Of a DNA stretch of 64,000 nucleotides, positions 30,215 through 51,899 are shown one piece after another. Position 1 is the stretch's first letter, and every line of letters starts with the position of its first letter. The position numbers were made by a program, and so were the translations under genes. Source of the stretch: Amoebidium appalachense (taxonomy: Eukaryota; Protista; Ichthyosporea); NCBI GenBank assembly GCA_963693365.1, contig CAVNZM010000008.1, forward strand, positions 1,798,001 to 1,862,000. Direction: 5' to 3'. The notes beneath the pieces are model-generated. The model saw only the letters and a list, made by a program, of their open reading frames with translations. It had not been told where the DNA came from and did not search any database.

Positions 30215-33039
30215 TTTGCTATGAAAATATAACTTACAGTGGGTTTTGTGTGTTTTTTCCCTAATGAAAGACTTTGGAGAGAAAAATAAATGAAAATGAA
30301 ATTTCAGAAGTTGCTACGAATTGTTCGCCGAGTGCAGTGGAAAGAGGAGCAGACAAGTGGGGTAACTACCAGGCATGTGACAAATGCACAGTATACCCTT
30401 GAAAATAGTGTAACGACACTGATTTTCCCTACATGTGGGCGCTACAAAAGACCGATTTCTGTGACATTTTGTATTCATTTGAAATTTGCAAAAACAGTGT
30501 TTTGTGCTGCCACCTACTGAGATGGCTCCTTATTTTTCCTTACACATTCAGCGAACACTGGACTCTATCGAACCGTCGAGGCGCCGCGACAGAAAGCATG
30601 CACGCGGTCGCGAGAGTGTAAGGAAAAATCGGAAAAACCCGCCTGCAGCGAACGTGAAGTTCATCGCAGCGCGTGCACACCGTCAGTACGTGTGAGATTT
30701 TGTGTTGGTCGGAGGCCTCTGACGTTCACGGAGATGATATCTCGAGAGATCCTGACCTGCCTACCCTTCCCCGCGGCACGTTGACAGCGCGCATTTCGAT
30801 TGGCCAATCTGAATGCTTTTTGAGGCATGCAATTCCATCGTGCCGTATCCCGTTGGGGATGAAGGGAATCTATGCCACAAATAGTTTTATATCCATATAC
30901 ATCATGTTTTAAGAGATATTTCTATTATAGTTTATAGAAACTATATTGAACCCGAAAACAAAGCAAATCACACGACGAGACGTTTGTTATTGTGTTGCCA
31001 CATTATTTGCGATTCGCACACCTCAGAATGTGGCTCGCAAGACAGCCAATTAACGAGTCACCTTATGACGTCACTCGATAAGATTTGAAGCAGGCCCATT
31101 TTCCCCGGGCGGCGGCGGGCCTAATATACTGTGCAACAATTGCAAAGCGAAAAAGAAAAGACCAAAACCGCTTTACACGTATGGGCTTGCGCTTGCTTAC
31201 TTCAGCTACCTCAGCATGTTTTCCTTTTTTCTTTTTTCACACTCTAAACTGCGTCAATCGTTCCATCGTTTACCTGGGCCCTACACCTGAAGAGCCTGGA
31301 GGCATCCATAGTTCTCTCGACAGCTAGAGGGTAACAATGAAACGGACAAGAGGTTGATGGAGAGAACAAGTAGACCCAGAATAGATATGGCCTAAAAGGG
31401 TACCGGGTGCGATAAAGGCAGAAGAATGTTTACACTAAGAATGTAAAGCCAGCTTCTCGGGAATGGGGGAGGCCGGCAAGCCCATAGCATCTAAGCTGGT
31501 GGACTGGGGAGGAATCGGAACAACACAGAGGAATGATTTAGCCTAGGTCGAGAAAAACCTTGAGGATCAGGAAGATGTTGGGTAGTTGAGGCAGAGGGTG
31601 TAGGAATGGGAAGCAAGCCTTGGGTGAGGCTCGCGAAAGGGGAAGGTGGGGGACGGGGGGGGGGGGGGGGGGGGGGGAGAAGCTGTGGGGGGGGGGGCCG
31701 GGGCCGGGAGAAGGTGTGTGGGGGTGGGTGAGGGGGGGGGGGGGGGGGGGGGGGGGAGGCCGGGGGGGGGGGGGGGGGCCTATGGGTGGGGGGGGGAAGG
31801 GGGGGGGTAAGGGCTGCCTTTGCCAAGGTGTGCTGGCCGGGGGGCACGGTGCAGTGCTGCGTCTGTGGTCGAGAGTCGTTTTTTGTGTGCGGCTTATGGG
31901 TGCCTGCTCGTTTGCGTGTGCGTAAAATGGAGTTTCGGCGGACACGGATACGGGTGGGTCCGTACACGTGTGTGTGTGTGTGCATTTGCATGCATAGGTG
32001 TGCGCGCGTGCGACGTGCGTGTGTGCTAGCTTGTGTGTGTGCATTTTGAATGTTTGTTGTATATGTTAAGGCTGTATGTGTAGTTTGTATACACACGTGT
32101 GTGTTCTACTGTGTGTCATAAGTGAATGCTATGGTAACACATCTGGGATTTGGGCAAGCTAAGTTGATTGTTACGCCATCTGTATTTGGAGGTTCGCGCG
32201 TTTGTGTGTTCTCCAACTTGTCTGAAGCGCACCCCGTTGGGGAGGGGAAGGGGTTGGAGGGGGGCGGGAGGGGGGGGGGCTGGTTGCAGTAAATTATGTG
32301 GCGGCGACCGAGGGCTGGAGATCGAGGGCCGGGACTTTAAAAAAGGTAGAGGAGGGGAATCGAGAAGAGGGCAGATCGAAAGCAAAACTTCAGTGAAGGT
32401 CGAAGGAGGCCCGGGAGGAATGCTCCCGAGTGTATGTGTGCCGGTGTGTGTGTTTGTGTTTGGGGGAGGGGGGGGGGGGGGGGGGTAAGAGGTCATATGC
32501 ATGGTGTCTCTGTTTTTTGAGAGGTGCCCGGGGAGGGGAGGGGGAGTGGAGGGGGCCCCTCAGGGGGGTTAGGATCTGTTATTACCCTGTAAGAGTACAC
32601 ATCAGGTGAGGGGGCGGGGGGAAGAGGTTGGGGGGGTTGGTTGGGTTCAGGGTCTGGACGATGCACAATCGAGTGCTGTGAGAGCATTGAGTATATGTGT
32701 GAGAGTGCATCCCTTGGCGTGCGTCCGCATGTGTAAATCTGTGGGGGGAGAAGCAGCCGGGGGGGGGGCGGGGAGGAGGAGAAGGGGGAGGGGGAGGGGG
32801 AGAGATTGTGGGTGAAGGAGCATATATATGGGTCACGGCGAATGGATTCAAGTTGTGTGGTGCGTGTTTTTGTGTCTGTTTGTGCTCCGTATCTGTTTTC
32901 ATGCGTTGCAGGTTTTCCAACGAGTTCATGTGCCCCGGTGTTCGTACTTGTATTTGTGTTTTTATGTGTGTATGTGCACGTGTTGACGGAAGTGCATGTG
33001 TGGGTGCAGGGGGGGAGGGGGGGGGGGGGAGACGGGAAA

Positions 33040-33111
<72 letters not shown>

Positions 33112-34384
33112 GAGAGAGAGAGAGAGAGAACGAGAGAGAGACAGAGAGAGAGAGAAGTTGAGAGAGAGAGGGGGAGAGAGAGAGGGAGAGAGAGAGAGGG
33201 AGAGATAGGGGGTAGGGGGGGGACTCAGCAGAGCTGCAGAGAGGGAGAGAGAGCCTCCAAGAGAGAGGTTGTATCCTTATTACAGGCCCTTCACTTTCCT
33301 TCCAAAGCCAACATCTCCAACTCTATGCCCCCCCCCCCCCCTCCCCCCGCGGCAATGGCCATTTCCCCGCCTCCCCCCCCCCCCCCCCCCCCCCGCCCGC
33401 CCATCCCCCACCCCCCCCCTCTCCCCCAAAAAAACCCCACTCACCGGAATCTACCCTCCTCCCTCCCAACCCCTTACCCTGCTGGACAGCACCCCAGCCT
33501 CGTTTTCTTGCCCCAACCCCACTCCCTCAGCCTGTGCATGCATTCTCTTGTCCCGGGGCTACTCTCTCCTCCCGTCAGTCACACCCGGAACACCGGAAGG
33601 TTAGGCCTTCCCAACCTTACATGAGGAGCCTCAGACACTTGGTCATCTCCAGTCTGTGCTTGGGCCTAAAAATGTAAGCCCCCCCGAGTCCCCTGCACCC
33701 TGCACCCCTCCTGACAACCCCCCTCCATCTCCTACTTACCGGTCTTCGGCTTTCAGCCTCGGCCGGGAACAAATTTAATCGATTACGATGATCGGACTGT
33801 AGCTGCTTTCAAAATGCCGCGAGTTGAAGTTTGAAGCGGCCCCCACGCAAATGTTCTCAACCCTCATGAAACGCTTAAAAACGCTCAAAAGTAAAAATAT
33901 ATCAAGTAGGAGTCATAACGTAAAGAAAGCATTAAAAAAAATACGCTTCTGAGAATCTGCAGTTTCCTATGTGGGCCATTTGAAACTTTGTTCGATCAAA
34001 TCCAATCAAACCGCGTAAATTCTTTCCCAAATAGATTACTTAGAGCAGGGTTCGAATATTGACCGTATAATAGCCTGACCTGACAAGTCCCATGCCATAT
34101 ACTGTAGCTGTAGAAGGTGATTTACAATTCTTTTTCGTTAAAACATCCAAATTTGCATGTTCTTAGTGAGGCACCTTGGACCATTGGCTGGTTCCTGGAT
34201 ACCACATGTGTGTCGATAAATAAAAGCAAGTCATCATACTAATCGTCAGCCACTTCTGTCTGGTGTCGAACCCTGGGTGTCGAGTCACTGTCTGTCTGAC
34301 ACGTTGCAGATTTGATGGCAACTGGGCCGTCCCAACCGCTTTGTGCAATGTCATGAAACGGTGATCATGAGAGAGAGAGGGGAG

Positions 34385-34455
<71 letters not shown>

Positions 34456-34605
34456 GAAGATGAAGGAAGGGAGGGAGAGGGGGGAGGGGGATAGATCGAG
34501 AGAGAGGCTCTGCAGGGAGCGAAGGAGGGGGAGAGAGAGAGAGCGATGGTGATGGGGGGAGGGAGGGAGGCCTCTGGAGTCCATGCATGGAGGCAGGGAG
34601 GGAGT

Positions 34606-34670
<65 letters not shown>

Positions 34671-34706
34671 AGGGAGGGAGGGAGGGAGGGAGAGAGAGAG
34701 AGAGAG

Positions 34707-34737
<31 letters not shown>

Positions 34738-34995
34738 ATCTGTGTGTTTGTGCGCTAAGCCTTTGAGAATGTGCAGGTATGTGTCTATCAATTCATTATC
34801 AGTGATTTCCGTCCGGAGGCAAGGTAATACACAAAAGGGATTACAAATTTAAATCGACAACTGCGTGAGTGTGTGTGTTTGTTGGGGCGGTGTGTGTGTG
34901 GGGAGATTCCGCCTTGATCAGAGACGAGCAGGGTTACTTCCTCGAGCAGACGTCCCACGCAAGAGCAGCGGGGATGGCAGGGCATGGGCTTGTGT

Positions 34996-35055
<60 letters not shown>

Positions 35056-35183
35056 GGAACCCAATAAATGCATAAATGCATTGTGACAGCAACAACATTC
35101 ATGACTCCACGCCTGTGCCAACAGAACACGAGAAAATCCCCCCCACACTCATTTATTGATAAAAGGCTTCCCATTGCGGGCAT

Positions 35184-35271
35184 CTATGAGCTCTCGCTGG
35201 CGGCAGCTGCGCGACGCTTTAGCTCCTCACGGGCCCACAAGCTCAGCCTGTGTGTGTGTGTGTGTGTGTGT

Positions 35272-35307
<36 letters not shown>

Positions 35308-35383
35308 TGTGAGTGAGTGTGAGTGCCAGGGTGTGAGTGTGAGTGTGAGTGTGAGTGTGAGTGTGAGTGAGTTTGTGTGTCAG

Positions 35384-35439
<56 letters not shown>

Positions 35440-35987
35440 TGTGTGTGTGTGTGTGTGAGTGTGTGTGTGTGTGTGTTTGTGTCCGAAATGCACAGATGAA
35501 CCAGTCAAAAAAAGCAATATTGATCAGCATGTGACTAATATTAGTCTACAAAAGGAAGTTTAAGGCATGACCACCCTTCTCAAATTAGCACTTCTGCAAA
35601 ACCCCAGGTTCAAGTTCGACAATCCAAACTTCGCTCTTTGGGTGGGTGGTGGTGGTGGGGGGGTTTGAATGCGGAACACAGTACGAAGTACGCATACACA
35701 ATGAGAAGCATGGTGCAGGACACATGCAAAGGCAAACATTTAAGTATGCAACTTCAGCCATGCGCACAGCATGTGTCATAAGCAGAGCCCTTCCTCAGGG
35801 AGGGCCCAAGTCGTGGTGGTGGTGGTGGGAGGGGGGTTTTATGAAAGCGGCATACAAGAGCGCCGAGAAGGGAACTCGAGGGAAGAAACCATAAAATATA
35901 TGTGGAAAGCAAGCAGGTGATGCAAGATGGTGCAGAAAGGGGGTGGTTGGTGGGTGGTGGTGGTGGTAGTGGTTTTTTTTTTTTTTT

Positions 35988-36034
<47 letters not shown>

Positions 36035-36252
36035 AGGAGGACTGTGTGGTGGGGAAGTGCCTGGGGGGAAGGTGGGTGGGAAAGCGGGGTTTAACTGAGA
36101 AAAACGGCACGAAGTACGCATACACGTTGAGAAGCATGGTGCAGGACACATGCAAAGGCAAACATTCAAGTATGCAGCATGTACATCAGCAACGAGCATA
36201 GTATGCGTCATAAGCAGAGCCGATCCTCAGGGAGGGCCCAGGGAGGGGTGGA

Positions 36253-36302
<50 letters not shown>

Positions 36303-36345
36303 GAGAGAGAGAGAGAGAGAGAGAGAGGAGGGGGCGGGGGGAGGA

Positions 36346-36414
<69 letters not shown>

Positions 36415-36487
36415 GGGGAAGAGAGAGGGGGGGGGAGGGAGGGGGAGGGGCAACATTATCTGTATGTAGTGTGAGAGCTTTTTTTTT

Positions 36488-36539
<52 letters not shown>

Positions 36540-36572
36540 GGGGGAAGAGCGAGAGCTAGAGTAGGGGGAGAA

Positions 36573-36616
<44 letters not shown>

Positions 36617-36671
36617 TTGGTCAAGAAACAAATCACGGGCTCAATGGGGGACAGGGGTTGGGGGTGGAGGT

Positions 36672-36715
<44 letters not shown>

Positions 36716-37291
36716 CAACAAGAAATATGCAGGCAATGTTCCGTTACACAAAGTCCACTATCAGAATCTTCGTGTGCATCAACCAAACATAAGGTTCCTG
36801 GCGTACAAGAGGGACAGAGAGAAAGGGAAGGGGGGGAGGGGGGGGGGGGGGGGGGGGGGAGGGGGGGAGTCACATAGATGCATACCACGCTTTGAGGTGT
36901 AATGGTGTCGAGTTTGTTGCAAGAGGACAGGAGGACGGAAGGGAGGAGGAAAGATGGGGGAGGGGGGAGGGGGGGGGGAGGAGAACAAAACGGATTGTTA
37001 AATCGTTAAGCAAGGTGCAGCATCAAAAACGACATGCATGCAAAAACCCACAGGTGGATTACACACTACACATTACACTGACTCACGGCGAAAAAAGCAA
37101 TGCCGAAGAACAAAATAAACACACAAAGCCAAAAACGAAAGCGTGTCCGAACGAGGGGGTGCCGAGTTCAGCTATGCAAGCACCTGCACATGGCACCGTA
37201 TAATGAAAGCACGAGGGTTTATTAGTTGTGATGCATGGCTAGTACATCATGCTGGTGTTTTTAGATGGGCATGCAGGATAGAAAAAGAAGG

Positions 37292-37356
<65 letters not shown>

Positions 37357-37798
37357 CGAGAGAGAGAGAGAGAGCGAGAGAGAAGGAAAAAGTGAAGTGA
37401 AGGTGAAACGCACGGCAGTGAGTAGGCATGTGAAGGTGGATGTGTGCGCACGAACATGTGTCTGTGTGCACGTGCACACACGTGTGTGTGTGTGTGTACG
37501 TGCGCACGTGCACGTGTGTGTGCATGTGTGCATGTGGGTGTGAGTGTGACTGTGTGTGTGTGTGTGTGCGCGCGCGCAAGTAGGGTGCGTGTGTATCTAT
37601 GTTGGCACCCACATGTATATGTGCAAAGCAGGAGTAGAAGGTTGTATGTGCACAGCATGCTGTCACGTGCACCATTGTGCGCATCGTACGTGCCAACCAC
37701 AGTGTCACACCAACGACTGAGAGACCGAGACGTGGGTGGCCCATACAAGCAACCAAGCCAACCATAAAGAGAAACAACTAGTCAGGCAACCAAGAAAA

Positions 37799-37852
<54 letters not shown>

Positions 37853-38727
37853 GCCCCCCCTCCTCCCCCCCCCCCCACACACACACACCCACCCACCCAC
37901 ACACACACTTACGATGTGTCTGGCCTGAGGTTTGTGCCAACCACGGAGTAAGCCATGGCTCCAAACATGCCAAACACCCAGATGGCCTCCCAGGCCTCCC
38001 ACTGCCTCTTCTCGCCGGCCTTCAGTGGCTGTAGGTGTGCATGGAAAATTAGAAATATAGACTTATCCCCTTTCGCCTGAAAACAAAACATAACAAAAAC
38101 AAGTCCAAAATCAAACAGATAAACACTGCTCGTGACCATGCATGAACAAAAAGAAAAATGGGTATTCAAACTAGTCATTTACAGAGTGCAAAAGGATTTC
38201 ATGATAAGGGAGATGTGCATGCAGGCAATATATAACATATGCCTTGCCTTGCACAAACACCCGGATGCACGCACACACACACAGCTCTAGCACATAGACA
38301 CAACCAGGCAACATTCGCCGTTCTCAGCACTCGCTCACCCATTTGTGCGATGTCATGCACATGCAGCCCCCCTCCCCCCCCAAAAAATCTGCACACACAG
38401 ACAACACACATACGGGTACACCCCTCGGACACACACAAAGAATCGCAGGTGAGCGTCTCCATGCGCTCACACACAAGAATGTGAAAGAGCGCCCTAAGGT
38501 GTGCACTTCAACCACAAACACACAGATATACGCACGCTAGCAGTGAGCCACCCCTCCATGCAAAAAGAGGGGCGGCACCAGGCTAGCAAGCAACAGTCTA
38601 GCGCAGCAATTATGACCCAAGCCCATGGGCAGGGCAAGAGCCATCTTCATCAGCGCACAAGAGATATCACACAACACACATACACACATACCCCTCCCCC
38701 CCCACCCCCCCTCCCCCACAAACGCGT

Positions 38728-38764
<37 letters not shown>

Positions 38765-39067
38765 GGTAAACCAATCGGACGGGACACAAGCGCGTCCTGA
38801 ACACAGGTGAACGTCCATGCGCGCTCACACAAGAATATTAAAGAGTGTGCTAACGTGTGCAATCCAACCACATACACACAGCGAGACACAAATTTACGCA
38901 CGCTAGCAGTGAGCCACCCCTCCATGTGAAAGGAGGGGCAGCACCAGGCTAGCAGGCAACAGTCTAGCGCTGCAATTATGGCCCAAGCCCATAGGCAGGG
39001 CAAGAGCCATCTTCATCAGCGCACACATCGATGTCACACACAAAACACACACACCGGGAGTGCATAC

Positions 39068-39123
<56 letters not shown>

Positions 39124-40300
39124 CCCGTAATCACACGGGCAAGCCACTCAAACACACACACACACACAAGCACATGCTTTGGACACGCAAATGCCCATAC
39201 GCGCCCACATACAAGAGTGCCAAGGATATCGTTTGCACTTAGACCACAAACAGACAGTGGGACACATATACGCACAATAACAGTAAGCCACCCCTCCTCG
39301 TGAAAGGGGCAGCACCAGGCTAGCAAGCAACAATCTAGCACTGCAATTATGACCAAAGCCGACAGGCAGGGCAAGAGCCATCTTCACCAGCGCACATAGA
39401 GATATCACACACCACGCGCGCTCGTGTGTATTATGTGTGCGCATGCACGCATGCACACAGCAACTGAATCAGCCGTCCACCCCAAAACACAAGCAAATGC
39501 GCACACAAAAGAAACACACGAACTCCCACTCACAAACACACAGGCACACCGGCACGGGGAAGAGCCCCCCCTCATAGGACGGGGAGTGATGCACCCATAT
39601 AGAGCTGCAGAGAGGTGCACACACAACAACTGCAGCACTTCATCCGCACCCTCACACAAGCACACACACACAGGTGTCCTCACGGGATTTATCACACACA
39701 AAAGATTCCCCGGACAAGCACATGCCACAACGTCATGAACGCCACACTTCCAACCATATGAACGGGCCAACACACACGTGCTCTTTCGCAGAGCCCTCTC
39801 CCCTCTCCCCGACTACAACCATCCCTCCCTCCCTCTTTAACCCTCCCTCCTCCCCCCCACCCCCCCAACCCGCCCCTCGTCCTATACCCCTCACCCGAGT
39901 CCTATCTTACAAGAAATGCACCACAACAACCATCGTCCCCCACAAATAGAGGTTTCTTACTGTTCACACGGCCCGTCCTCGTGTTTGACTCCAACTACTC
40001 TCTTTCCCTCCCTCACCTCCCTGTGCAACCAATCCCCTTGTCGCCTTCTCTACCCTCCTTCCCCAACCCTCCCTCCCTCCCCCCACAACACCCCCTCAAT
40101 ATAACCCTATCCAGGCTCATCACTTCACTCTCAGGATGCTCAAAGAGAAACAAGCAAAAGGAAAAGAAAAGGCTTACCTTCTCGTTGAAAAGGAACCCGT
40201 TCTGGTAGTGAGGGGGCTTGGGGAGTGAATGGCCGTGGCCGTGGCCGCCACGCACCACCAAGCGGCTGGCTAGGCGCGTGCTGCGAAGATACGCCGACAT
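35184..40300 (-). CDS. NDUFB11: NADH:ubiquinone oxidoreductase ESSS subunit (NDUFB11), about 100 aa
   Basis: Exons 40300-40178, 38028-37913, 35247-35184. Arg-rich presequence MSAYLRSTRLASRLVVR, then NGFLFNEKPLKAGEKRQWEAWE, one TM helix and RPDTSLSLWAREELKRR, typical of fungal/protist ESSS. Confidence 0.9.
35663..35812 (-). mobile_element. Repeat family A, truncated copy in NDUFB11 intron 2
   Basis: G-run then tttgaatgcggaacacagtacgaagtacgc...gggagggcccaagtc. Confidence 0.85.
36088..36240 (-). mobile_element. Repeat family A, diverged truncated copy followed by G-runs
   Basis: cggcacgaagtacgcatacacg...cataagcagagccgatcctcagggagggccca. Confidence 0.8.
38400..39420. repeat. Three diverged tandem copies of an about 370-bp unit in NDUFB11 intron 1
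   Basis: Core cagt(g/a)agccacccctcc...caccaggctagca...gcaattatg...caagagccatcttca(t/c)cagcgcaca recurs at about 38541, 38907 and 39281, separated by CA-rich spacers. Confidence 0.85.
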
Positions 40301-41285
40301 GTTGGGTGCTGTGTGAAAGGGATATGAGAACATGCACTCACCAGGGGGGCGTATGAGGGCGTACACACCCCCTACGAACCACCAAGCAACTCCGGACCTT
40401 GCTTCTTTTTTCAATGGGCAATAATCGTGCAATTGTGACTATGTACCAGCTTGTCGTGTACTGTTTTACGCATGATACCTCATGACAGAAACCTAGCCGG
40501 TATACTCTGGTTTATATTTCCGTCGCTGTTTCTACCATCCCGGTGGCCCTTGTTGCCTTGCGTTCGTTTAAAAAAAGGGCCCAGGCTAAAAGACGAGAAA
40601 TTTAACAAAACGCTTTCTTCCTTTACAGATACTAATAGCTGTCCATCAAGCAGAGCGTAAGGAGAGCAAATACGTGCACAAAGAGGCATTACCAGCGTCT
40701 TCCTTGGCAGGATTCTAACCTTGGACAACGGCCAAGGGAAATAGTGCCGTGACACTCGCACGTTCACTGAGCGGGCAGCAGCGCTGGCTGGCGGACCGGG
40801 CCGCCTGAGGGTGGCCGGGAACTGGATCTCTTCGTTCAGCGTTAAGGTTTAAATATTTGGCTTTTAAAATATTGATAGCTTATAATGGCTGTTGATTGGT
40901 AATTGGATAGCCGATTCAAAATAAGAAAACTTTTAGACATACTCTGACTCCAAATAGCTTTACAGTTCTTTGAGCCAATCAGCATACGTTTATGCTTCGC
41001 GCGGTATATGAAACGCTTCTGCATCAAAATTGGCTGTGAGTGAGCCACTTGGACCAGCCGAGCTCCGTTTTTTTTTTTTTTTTGAGCGAGACTGCCAGTG
41101 TCACGGAATGTTACATGTTCAAATTAAGCAGGGTGATGGATTAGCCTGTTGATAAAAGAACGAAAGCTTTACCATCATAATACGGGTCGAGTGATTATAT
41201 ACAAGAGAACGAAGGGTTAGAGATTGACAGGGCATCACTCTTCTGTTACTGCATTCGGACTGTTTTGGCCCCTTTCCTCGTTACC
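40301..41285. promoter_or_regulatory. Divergent promoter and 5' UTR region of NDUFB11 and CAPZA
   Basis: Head-to-head genes about 1 kb apart, free of microsatellites, several CCAAT/ATTGG boxes at about 40890-41035. Confidence 0.55.
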
Positions 41286-49519
<8,234 letters not shown>

Positions 49520-49829
49520 ATAGAAGAAGAATACTGCATGATGCATGGTTCCTTGATGCATAGATGGGAATGTTGTGGTTGTTTTCAGTGGTGATATTAG
49601 AACTAACAAAAGAGATATTGAAATGGGTAGACTTTTGGCTTGCTGGCAATGCTGGAAAATAAAATGATATGGCCTTTTAACACGAGGTTTGTTGCTCAAA
49701 AACAATGCCAGTGACGTGTGTTTTGGAAGGATTCGAAGATCTAATCCTGGCACTTTCAGGATCTGACTGTGCCTATTGACTGTACATTAGCTGCCACACG
49801 TAAGAGACATTGGGGGGGGGGGGGGGGGG

Positions 49830-49883
<54 letters not shown>

Positions 49884-49914
49884 GAGAGAGGGAGGGGGGG
49901 AGATGGGGGGGTAG

Positions 49915-50080
49915 TGAGAGAGTGAAAGAGATCGATCCAGTGAGTGAGAGAGTGAGTGAGAGAGAGAGAGAGAGAAGGAGAGGGAGAGATCGAAGGGCAG
50001 AAACTTGCTCAGAGAGAAAGGGCAAGAGGACACCGAAAGGTTGCCGGGGCATATCTCTATCTATAGGGGTAGGGGGGGAG

Positions 50081-50127
<47 letters not shown>

Positions 50128-50237
50128 GGTTAGAAAAAATCTAGAAAGAGACCCTCGTGAGAAAAAGGTTAATATATAATTAGGGGGAGAGAGAGCCAAG
50201 ATCGAACTACAGTTTATAGTAGAGAGAAAGGGCAGTA

Positions 50238-50302
<65 letters not shown>

Positions 50303-50725
50303 GCCTGATGATGACGAGAGAGAGAGGGTTTTTATAGAGAGAGAGAGGGGGGGGGGGGGGGGGGGGGAAGAGAGAGAGAGAGAGAGAGACTAGCTAGAGA
50401 GACAAATGGAGGTGGAGAGAGAGAGAGAGAGAAAGGTGGGGAGGGGGGGAGAGATCATAGAGCCCGAGGCGGGAGAGGGAGGGAGGGAGAAGAAGGAGAG
50501 AGAGTCTCAGAGAGAGGGAGAGAGAGAGGGAGGGGGAGGATATGGGGGGGTTAGTGTCATGAGTGAGAGAGTGAAAGAGATCGATCCAGTGAGTGAGCGA
50601 GAGAGAGAGAGAACTTCAAGCCGAGGGAGAGATCGAAGGGCAGAAACTTTCTCATATAGCTTAAGGGCAAGAGGACACCGAAAGGTGGCCGGGGGTATAT
50701 AGTATCTCTATCTATTATATATATA

Positions 50726-50777
<52 letters not shown>

Positions 50778-50895
50778 GGTAAAAAACTTTGAAATCTGGA
50801 AAGAGACCCTCGTGAGAGAAAAGTTCCGATGATATATAATTAGGGGGAGAGAGAGCCGAGATCGAACTACAGTCTATAGTAGAGAGAGAGGGCGG

Positions 50896-50964
<69 letters not shown>

Positions 50965-51003
50965 GGGGAGAGCCTGATGAGGCCGAGAGAGAGAGGGTTT
51001 ATA
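49915..51003. repeat. Diverged direct duplication (period about 650 bp) embedded in GA/G tracts
   Basis: Shared blocks gagtgaaagagatcgatccagtgagtgag, ggcaagaggacaccgaaagg, aaagagaccctcgtgag, agatcgaactacagt and gagcctgatga in the same order at 49915-50335 and 50562-51003. Confidence 0.8.
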
Positions 51004-51025
51004 CACTATATATATATATATGCTA

Positions 51026-51111
<86 letters not shown>

Positions 51112-51123
51112 TAAACGCGAGTA

Positions 51124-51268
<145 letters not shown>

Positions 51269-51306
51269 CTAGAGAGGGATATTATATATGGAGGTGGGGA
51301 GAGATC

Positions 51307-51383
<77 letters not shown>

Positions 51384-51489
51384 AGGGAGAGATAGGGAGG
51401 GAGAAAAAGACAGAGAGAGAGAGAGAGAGAGAGGGAGAGACCGGTGAGAGAGAGAGGGAGAGAGAGGGGGGGGGGGGGGAAGGGGGGAA

Positions 51490-51536
<47 letters not shown>

Positions 51537-51899
51537 GGGAGGGGGCCGGGACCCGGCGCACGTTCAAGCACTCGAAGTGCGTACCGCCGTAGCCTACATG
51601 CTTGTATCCTCATGTAGCATGCCCATGCCCTTCACTCCGTGAGTCCGTGCATGTCTCCGTGCATTCTAGTGTGGCAGTGTCATATGTAGGCCCTTTCAAA
51701 GTGTGTAAACCCCTTCAAAAAAACCCCGTTTTTTGCCCTGAATATCTCTCGGGATATATCACGAAAATATCGAATGTTGCCCTGAATATCACAAAAGTAT
51801 CCCGGCAAAAGCCCCCGAATATTTTTTTTCTTTCTTTTGACTGGATTTATTCGACGGAAAGATATGCAAGTATGCACGGCATACTGAGAAGACAAAAAA

